A DNA stretch of 23,159 nt, taken from NCBI GenBank assembly GCA_049971295.1, contig JBMFLH010000027.1, forward strand, positions 1 through 23,159. Reading direction: 5' to 3'. Below, piece by piece: positions 18,021 through 23,159 of the stretch. Every line of letters begins with the position of its first letter. The first letter of the stretch is position 1. The DNA is from Candidatus Ratteibacteria bacterium. Lineage in GTDB: Bacteria > Ratteibacteria > UBA8468 > B48-G9 > DTJG01. The notes under the pieces are model-generated. The model was not told the DNA's origin. It saw nothing but the letters and a program-made list of their open reading frames with translations, and made no database searches. The position numbers were made by a program, and so were the translations under genes.

Positions 18021-18914
18021 ATGGATAGAAAAGAATTTTTGAAAACCAGTCTTGCCGCTGTTGCTGGATTGGTATTGGCGAGGTACTCAAAGGTTTCTGG
18101 TGGTCCTGTAAAATCTGCTGGTCAGAGAGCAGAAATTTTTGTCGCAAAGGACGCAGATCCTTCAGAGTTGACTGCAAAGGCTATAAAATCACTGGGTGGG
18201 ATGGAGAAGTTTGTGAAAAAGGGCGCAAGGGTTGTAATAAAGCCGAACATAGCATGGAATAGAAGTCCTGAGCAGGCGGCAAACACACATCCAGATGTCG
18301 TGGGAACAATTGTGAGTCTTTGTAAAAAAGCAGGCGCATCAACTGTGATCGTTACTGATGTGACCTGTCATCCCTGGCAAACTACCTATATTACTACGGG
18401 TATTAAAGAGGCTGTGGAAAAAGCAGGGGGGATTATGAAAGGGCCTGAAAAATTCAGGCACGTTTCTATTCCTTCTGGAGTTGTGCTTAAAGAGGCTGAT
18501 ATTCTTGAAGACATTCTTGATGCAGATGTTCTTATTAATGTTCCTGTTGTCAAGGTTCACGGTTCCCAGGCAAAGGTTACCATTTCTATGAAAAACTGGA
18601 TGGGAGCAGTAAGAGATAGGGGATATTTTCATAGGACAGATCTCAATCAATGTATTACAGACATTTCATCGTTTTTAAAGCCTACTTTTACAATTGTTGA
18701 TGCCACAAGAATCCTTCTAACAAATGGACCTCAGGGACCCGGCGAGGTGAAAGAAACGAAAATGGTCTTTGGTGGATTTGATTTTGTTGCACTTGATGCT
18801 TTTGGCGCGACACTTCTCGGAATCAATCCAGCAGAGGTGAGACACATTCAGATTTCAGGGAAAATGGGACTTGGTGAATCAGACCTATCAAAGGTGAAGG
18901 TAAATTATATATAA
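18021..18914 (+). CDS. DUF362-family protein with a Tat-like signal peptide
   Basis: LGGMEKFVKKGARVVIKPNIAW, ANTHPDVV, INVPVVKVH..VTISMKNWMG, LLTNGPQG and DFVALDA. N-terminus MDRKEFLK followed by a hydrophobic stretch. AGGAG RBS. Confidence 0.85.
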   Translation: MDRKEFLKTSLAAVAGLVLARYSKVSGGPVKSAGQRAEIFVAKDADPSELTAKAIKSLGGMEKFVKKGARVVIKPNIAWNRSPEQAANTHPDVVGTIVSLCKKAGASTVIVTDVTCHPWQTTYITTGIKEAVEKAGGIMKGPEKFRHVSIPSGVVLKEADILEDILDADVLINVPVVKVHGSQAKVTISMKNWMGAVRDRGYFHRTDLNQCITDISSFLKPTFTIVDATRILLTNGPQGPGEVKETKMVFGGFDFVALDAFGATLLGINPAEVRHIQISGKMGLGESDLSKVKVNYI

Positions 18915-18931
18915 AAATTCAGGGCTGCTTT

Positions 18932-19552
18932 ATGAAAAAAAACATTGTACGAAGACTTGTTCAGATTCTGAGTGTTTTCTTATTTTTTTTCCTGTTGAAA
19001 AAAACAGGAGCATTTCCTGTTTCTGAAAAATTGCCATTAAGTATCTACTATCAGGTGGATGGACTACTGACAATGTCAGTGGTAATAGCGACAAGAACCA
19101 TTGGTTTATTCATCCTCCCTGGAATATTATTGTTGTCAGTTATAGCAATAATTGGTAACTTTTTTTGCTGGTGGATTTGTCCATTGGGTGGCATTATTGA
19201 TTATCTTAACTTATTTACATTGAGAAAACGATGGAAAATTTCATTATTTATACCAGGGTGGTTGAGGAAAGGAGGATTAATAATTTTAATGATTACGATT
19301 TTATCTGCTATATTTTCTGGTTCATTACCTTTTATAGGTTTTGTTTTTGATCCTTTTGTTATTATGGGTCAAGCCGCAACAGGCCTGAAATTTTGGATTT
19401 GTTTTTTTGTAATTATTATTATCACTGGTATCGTATTTCCACGATTATGGTGCAATTGTTTTTGCCCTCTTGGCAAACTATACACGCTTACTGGTACGAG
19501 GGTAAAATTAAACATACTTAGAAGAAAATTAACAAAGAAAGGTTATGAATAG
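18932..19552 (+). CDS. NapH/MauN-like polytopic membrane protein (4Fe-4S binding family) without the C-terminal ferredoxin domain
   Basis: RRLVQ N-terminus, several hydrophobic segments, two CxxxCP motifs (GNFFCWWICPLG, RLWCNCFCPLG) and FDPF. Confidence 0.8.
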   Translation: MKKNIVRRLVQILSVFLFFFLLKKTGAFPVSEKLPLSIYYQVDGLLTMSVVIATRTIGLFILPGILLLSVIAIIGNFFCWWICPLGGIIDYLNLFTLRKRWKISLFIPGWLRKGGLIILMITILSAIFSGSLPFIGFVFDPFVIMGQAATGLKFWICFFVIIIITGIVFPRLWCNCFCPLGKLYTLTGTRVKLNILRRKLTKKGYE

Positions 19553-20135
19553 AAAAGAGTTCCTTGTTTCACTCGGCACGACAATTTTTTTTGCTCTTTT
19601 ACCTGGATTCCTTAGACCTGGAAGAAGTTATTCGTCATCAATTATACGACCGCCTGGTTCTCTTGAGGAGGACAAATTTCCATTGTTTTGCATCAGATGT
19701 GGGCAGTGTATAAGGACGTGCCCATCTAAATGCTTGAAGCAGGTGGAAATTAAAAAATCCTTAAACCATTGGGCAACACCAGAGATTATTCCAAGGCAAA
19801 AGGGTTGTATATTATGTCAGAATTGCTCAAAAGTATGTCCCACAGGTGCAATAAGAACTGTAGATCATGATAGCATAAAAATTGGCACTGCTACGATATA
19901 CAGAGACGAGTGTCTCGTATGGACTCATAAGAAGGAATGTCTTGTGTGTCTTGAGTTTTGTCCGGTTCAGGCAATATACCTCGATGAAAAGGGTAGGCCG
20001 ATTGTAAATCCCAGAGTCTGTGTTGGCTGCGGACTCTGCGAGCAAAATTGTCCTGTGACAAAAAAAGATGCTGCGATAAGGGTTTCAACAGCAGGTGAAA
20101 GAAGGTTTCATATAAATGATGGCAAATATTATTGA
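19545..20135 (+). CDS. NapG/MauM-like polyferredoxin (four predicted 4Fe-4S clusters) with a Tat-like signal
   Basis: IRPPGS..E..F, CIRCGQCIRTCP, CILCQNCSKVCP, C...CLVCLEFCP and CVGCGLCEQNCP. N-terminus MNRKEFLVSLG. Confidence 0.88.
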   Translation: MNRKEFLVSLGTTIFFALLPGFLRPGRSYSSSIIRPPGSLEEDKFPLFCIRCGQCIRTCPSKCLKQVEIKKSLNHWATPEIIPRQKGCILCQNCSKVCPTGAIRTVDHDSIKIGTATIYRDECLVWTHKKECLVCLEFCPVQAIYLDEKGRPIVNPRVCVGCGLCEQNCPVTKKDAAIRVSTAGERRFHINDGKYY

Positions 20136-20161
20136 CGTAAGACATTCACAAGGAGGACCTT

Positions 20162-20338
20162 ATGAATCTTGGGGTTCAAGAGCTGTTTTTAATAGGCCTG
20201 ATTATTTTACTTTTGTTTGGTGCAAAGAGATTGCCTGAAATTGGGAGAGCATTCGGGAAGGCCATTGGCGAATTTAGAAAAGGATTAAAAGAAGTTGAAA
20301 AGGTAGTTGAGGAAAAAGAGGAAAAAGAAAATAAGTGA
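20162..20338 (+). CDS. tatA: Twin-arginine translocase subunit TatA
   Basis: 58 aa, not in the ORF track: MNLGVQELFLIGLIILLLFGAKRLPEIGRAFGKAIGEFRKGLKEVEKVVEEKEEKENK. Has the FG hinge, an amphipathic helix and an AGGAGG RBS. Confidence 0.96.
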   Translation: MNLGVQELFLIGLIILLLFGAKRLPEIGRAFGKAIGEFRKGLKEVEKVVEEKEEKENK

Positions 20339-21084
20339 GAATCATGAGAATGGATTCTCAGAATGCGACATTTTTTGACCATCTTGAAGAGCTCAGACGA
20401 AGAATTCTGTTTATACTTTTGTGGTTTTTTTTGTGCTGTGCTATTAGTTATGTATTTAATAATCAAATACTTAAGCTTGTTATACAACCCTTGAATTCGT
20501 TTCAAAAAAGTCCGGTTTTTGTTTCTCCAGTTGAACCATTTTTTTCTGTTATAAAACTTACGCTTTTCTTTGGCCTTCTTTTAAGCTGTCCTTTTATATT
20601 TTTTCAGATTTATGTGTTTGTAAAACCGGCACTTAGCATTGAACAAGCAAGGAACTTCCTATTTTGTCTGATTGCTGGGTTGGTTCTGTTTTATGCTGGT
20701 ATCCTGTCAGGGTATTATTTCATTGTTCCAATGGGACTAAAGATACTTTTTGCTTTCGGAGGAAATTTGATAGTTCCCCTGGTAACAATAGGATATTATC
20801 TCACATTTTTTATCTGGATATCTCTTATGCTCGGTATTGTTTTTCAGTTACCTGTTGTCCTGGCTTTTCTTGGAATTTCTGAGATTATTAGTATTGGTCA
20901 AATGAAGAAATTAAGAAAATTTGTATATGTGGGTGCCTTTGTGATTTCTGCAATCATTACTCCAACCACAGATGCCATAACACAGACAATTATTGCAGGA
21001 ACGCTGATTTTTCTTTATGAGATTACACTAATTTTTCTTTGGATTTTTTTGAAGCATAAGATATTAGAAAACAAAAACTTATAA
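20335..21084 (+). CDS. tatC: Twin-arginine translocase subunit TatC
   Basis: DHLEELRRR, P.EPF, FVKPAL, FQLP, AIITPTTD and LYE, with about six hydrophobic segments. GTG 20335 overlaps the tatA stop; ATG 20344 and 20350 are alternatives. Confidence 0.95.
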   Translation: MRIMRMDSQNATFFDHLEELRRRILFILLWFFLCCAISYVFNNQILKLVIQPLNSFQKSPVFVSPVEPFFSVIKLTLFFGLLLSCPFIFFQIYVFVKPALSIEQARNFLFCLIAGLVLFYAGILSGYYFIVPMGLKILFAFGGNLIVPLVTIGYYLTFFIWISLMLGIVFQLPVVLAFLGISEIISIGQMKKLRKFVYVGAFVISAIITPTTDAITQTIIAGTLIFLYEITLIFLWIFLKHKILENKNL

Positions 21085-21182
21085 TCAATTTATTTATATT
21101 TGGTGTTAAGTTGATTTTCATCCCGGATTTTTTGTGATTTGTGCGTGATTGCGAAAATTCGAAACACTGATCAATATCCTAA

Positions 21183-21210
21183 AGTTAACATAATATATCT
21201 TATGCGACAT
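21183..21210 (-). other. dif: dif-like XerCD recombination site (chromosome dimer resolution)
   Basis: Minus strand ATGTCGCATAA-GATATA-TTATGTTAACT versus E. coli dif GGTGCGCATAA-TGTATA-TTATGTTAAAT. Same 11-6-11 layout, XerD arm 10/11 identical, intergenic between convergent tatC and pdxJ. Confidence 0.88.
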
Positions 21211-21400
21211 TATATTATGTATCTTTCATATTATCAATGCATTAGGTGCTTAAATTTGTTTAAAAGCACTGCAGGATGGATATATTGATGTTGCGGTCAT
21301 CCTGGAAGAATTTAACTCATTGTTCAGTGAAAATAAAACTGTTTTTTTGGTCAGAATTATGTGAAGTTATGTTTTTTCTGGAATGGTCTGATTTTTTCGT

Positions 21401-22138
21401 TTAATCCGGCTTTGGGCTGGTTTTTAATATTTCCACCATTTCTCGTACTGCTTGGTGAAGTCCTGTGAATACAGCCCGACATATAATGCTGTAGCCAATA
21501 TTGAGCTCCTCTATGTGCCTGATATTCAATATTGGATAAATGTTTCTATAGTCAATGCCGTGTCCGGCGTGTGTTTTCAATCCTGTTGAAACCGCAAATT
21601 CTGCTGCCTTGCGAATTTTTTGAAGTTCTTGATTCCATGCTTCATCTTGATCTTTTTCAAAGTACTCTGCATATTTACCAGTGTGTAGTTCTATGGCGTC
21701 TGCGCCTGCTTCTTTTGACGCTTCGACCTGTTGAAGGTCGGGTTCTATAAACAGGCTCACAACAATTCCTTTTTCATGGAAGAGTTTTATTACTTCCTTG
21801 ATCTTTTCATGGTGTGATAATACGTCAAGACCACCTTCAGTTGTCAATTCCTCCCTTTTTTCAGGTACAAGCGTTACCTGAGATGGCTGGACTTGCAGGG
21901 CAATTTTTACAATTTCTTCGCTTATTGCCATTTCAAGATTCAGTCTCCTCACCGTATTTTTTAATGCGAAAACATCCCTGTCCTGGATATGTCTTCTGTC
22001 TTCTCTTAAATGGCAAACAATTGAGTCGCACCCTGCTATTTCACATATTCCAGCAGCAAATACAGGATCAGGAAAATGTCCTTTTCTTGCCTGCCTTATT
22101 GTGGCAATATGGTCAACATTAACTCCTAATTTTTTCAT
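21401..22138 (-). CDS. pdxJ: Pyridoxine 5'-phosphate synthase
   Basis: LGVNVDHIATIRQAR, HLREDRRHIQ, LNLEMA, LVPEKREELTTEGGLD, IELHTG, HAGHG and ELNIG. Confidence 0.97.
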   Translation of the reverse strand: MKKLGVNVDHIATIRQARKGHFPDPVFAAGICEIAGCDSIVCHLREDRRHIQDRDVFALKNTVRRLNLEMAISEEIVKIALQVQPSQVTLVPEKREELTTEGGLDVLSHHEKIKEVIKLFHEKGIVVSLFIEPDLQQVEASKEAGADAIELHTGKYAEYFEKDQDEAWNQELQKIRKAAEFAVSTGLKTHAGHGIDYRNIYPILNIRHIEELNIGYSIICRAVFTGLHQAVREMVEILKTSPKPD

Positions 22139-23159
22139 TGTCTACCTCCCAGTATTTCTTTCAAATTCTTGACCAGCAATTGATTTTCTGAAGGTTTCCC
22201 AATCGTTATTCGTAGGAAGTTGTCTTTTATTCCAAATCCTGACATCGGCCGAACAATAATTCCCCTTTTTTCAAGTTCTTTGCATAGAAATTCCGCATTA
22301 TGACTGGATTTGCAGAATAAGAAATTTGTTTCACTCGGAAACGCCTTAAATCCAATCTCTGTTAAATGTTTGAGTAGGTAGCGTTTTTGTTTTCTGTTGT
22401 TTTCAATGGATTTTTTTACAAATTCGGTATCTTCTAACGCAGCAGATGCTGCCTGTTGGGCACAACTACTTGTATTGAATGGTGGCCTAATTTTTTCCAT
22501 GATGCCGATGATGTCTTGTGAGGAAATTCCATATCCGATTCTTAGTCCGGCAAGTCCGTATATTTTGGAAAAGGTCCTTGCGACAATGACATTTTTTCTA
22601 TTAATCCATTCCAGAGCGCTTCCAAAGTCCGGGTCTTCGGCATATTCAATATATGCCTCATCTGATAGCACAAGGATTCTGTCTGGAATATTTTGTAGAA
22701 ATCGTTCAAGTTGTATTTTTTTTATATGAGAACCTGTGGGATTATTGGGGTTACAAAGGATGATCATTTTTGTCCTGGAAGTAATTTTTTCAAAAAAGGC
22801 ATCAAGGTTATATGAAAAGTCGCTGTTAAGGTTTACCATTACTGGTTTTACACCGAAGGCAAAGGCAAGAATTTTGTAGATGATAAAAGATGGGTGCGGG
22901 AAAATCATTTCATCCTCTGGTTCGCAGAAGGACTGGATTGCCATGCTGATGATTTCGCTTGAACCACTTCCTACAATGATATTGCTGCTTTTTACATTCA
23001 GTAATCCTGCCAATTTTTCTTTCAAAAGATACGCAGAACCTTCAGGATATCTGTTGATCTCATAAATCCTTTTTTTCAGTGCTTTAACGGCTGCAGGAGA
23101 AGGTCCAAAAGGATTCTCATTTGAAGCCAGTTTCACAATTTTTGCTAATTTTCTTTCCC
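22135..23159 (-). CDS. hisC: Histidinol-phosphate aminotransferase, 5' end beyond the window
   Basis: KLASNENPFG, RYP, NPNNPTG, DEAY and RTFSKIYGLAGLRIGY (PLP Lys). The frame stays open past the track's GTG to the window edge (ERKLAKIVKL). ATGA overlap with pdxJ. Confidence 0.94.
   Translation of the reverse strand, partial: ERKLAKIVKLASNENPFGPSPAAVKALKKRIYEINRYPEGSAYLLKEKLAGLLNVKSSNIIVGSGSSEIISMAIQSFCEPEDEMIFPHPSFIIYKILAFAFGVKPVMVNLNSDFSYNLDAFFEKITSRTKMIILCNPNNPTGSHIKKIQLERFLQNIPDRILVLSDEAYIEYAEDPDFGSALEWINRKNVIVARTFSKIYGLAGLRIGYGISSQDIIGIMEKIRPPFNTSSCAQQAASAALEDTEFVKKSIENNRKQKRYLLKHLTEIGFKAFPSETNFLFCKSSHNAEFLCKELEKRGIIVRPMSGFGIKDNFLRITIGKPSENQLLVKNLKEILGGRQ

Noticed and set aside
18932..18990. 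RR in MKKNIVRRLVQ as a third Tat signal
   Set aside because: It lacks the xFLK consensus, and RR..Q before the first helix is usual in NapH-like membrane proteins.
110..23065. The many 60-141 aa alternative-frame and antisense ORFs in the track (e.g. 110-406, 3185-3610, 12361-12603, 16883-17236, 20176-20505, 22397-22729)
   Set aside because: They overlap well-supported genes and show no recognisable motifs, so they are treated as shadow ORFs.
1..23159. CRISPR arrays, tRNA/rRNA genes, transposases, integrases, prophage or defence genes
   Set aside because: None recognised. Nearly all sequence is accounted for by the listed genes, and I saw no spaced direct repeats.

Overview
A low-GC bacterial chromosomal segment, mostly housekeeping, probably at the replication terminus. 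In order: topA (minus, 3' end beyond the left edge, absent from the ORF track); argH-lysA (+); a minus-strand pair of a Soj/ParA ATPase and a 117-aa partner; an aromatic amino-acid cluster of aroE, a degenerate aroK-like gene, aroA (on the minus strand, although the track labels it +) and aroB-pheA-aroF; a GH63-like hydrolase, an Fe-alcohol dehydrogenase and ribF; ppdK; a five-gene operon (DUF362, NapH-like membrane protein, NapG-like polyferredoxin, tatA, tatC); a 28-bp XerCD dif-like site at 21183-21210 where gene orientation converges; then pdxJ and a 5'-truncated hisC (minus). Main leads: (1) a Tat operon whose two putative substrates both have Arg-Lys rather than twin-Arg signals and whose TatC has Gln at the position aligning with E. 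coli Glu103; (2) a ParA partner joining a ParB-like N-terminal peptide to a ribbon-helix-helix-like domain, about 16 kb from dif; (3) a full-length shikimate-kinase homologue lacking most catalytic motifs. All calls come from motif recognition by eye; no searches were run.
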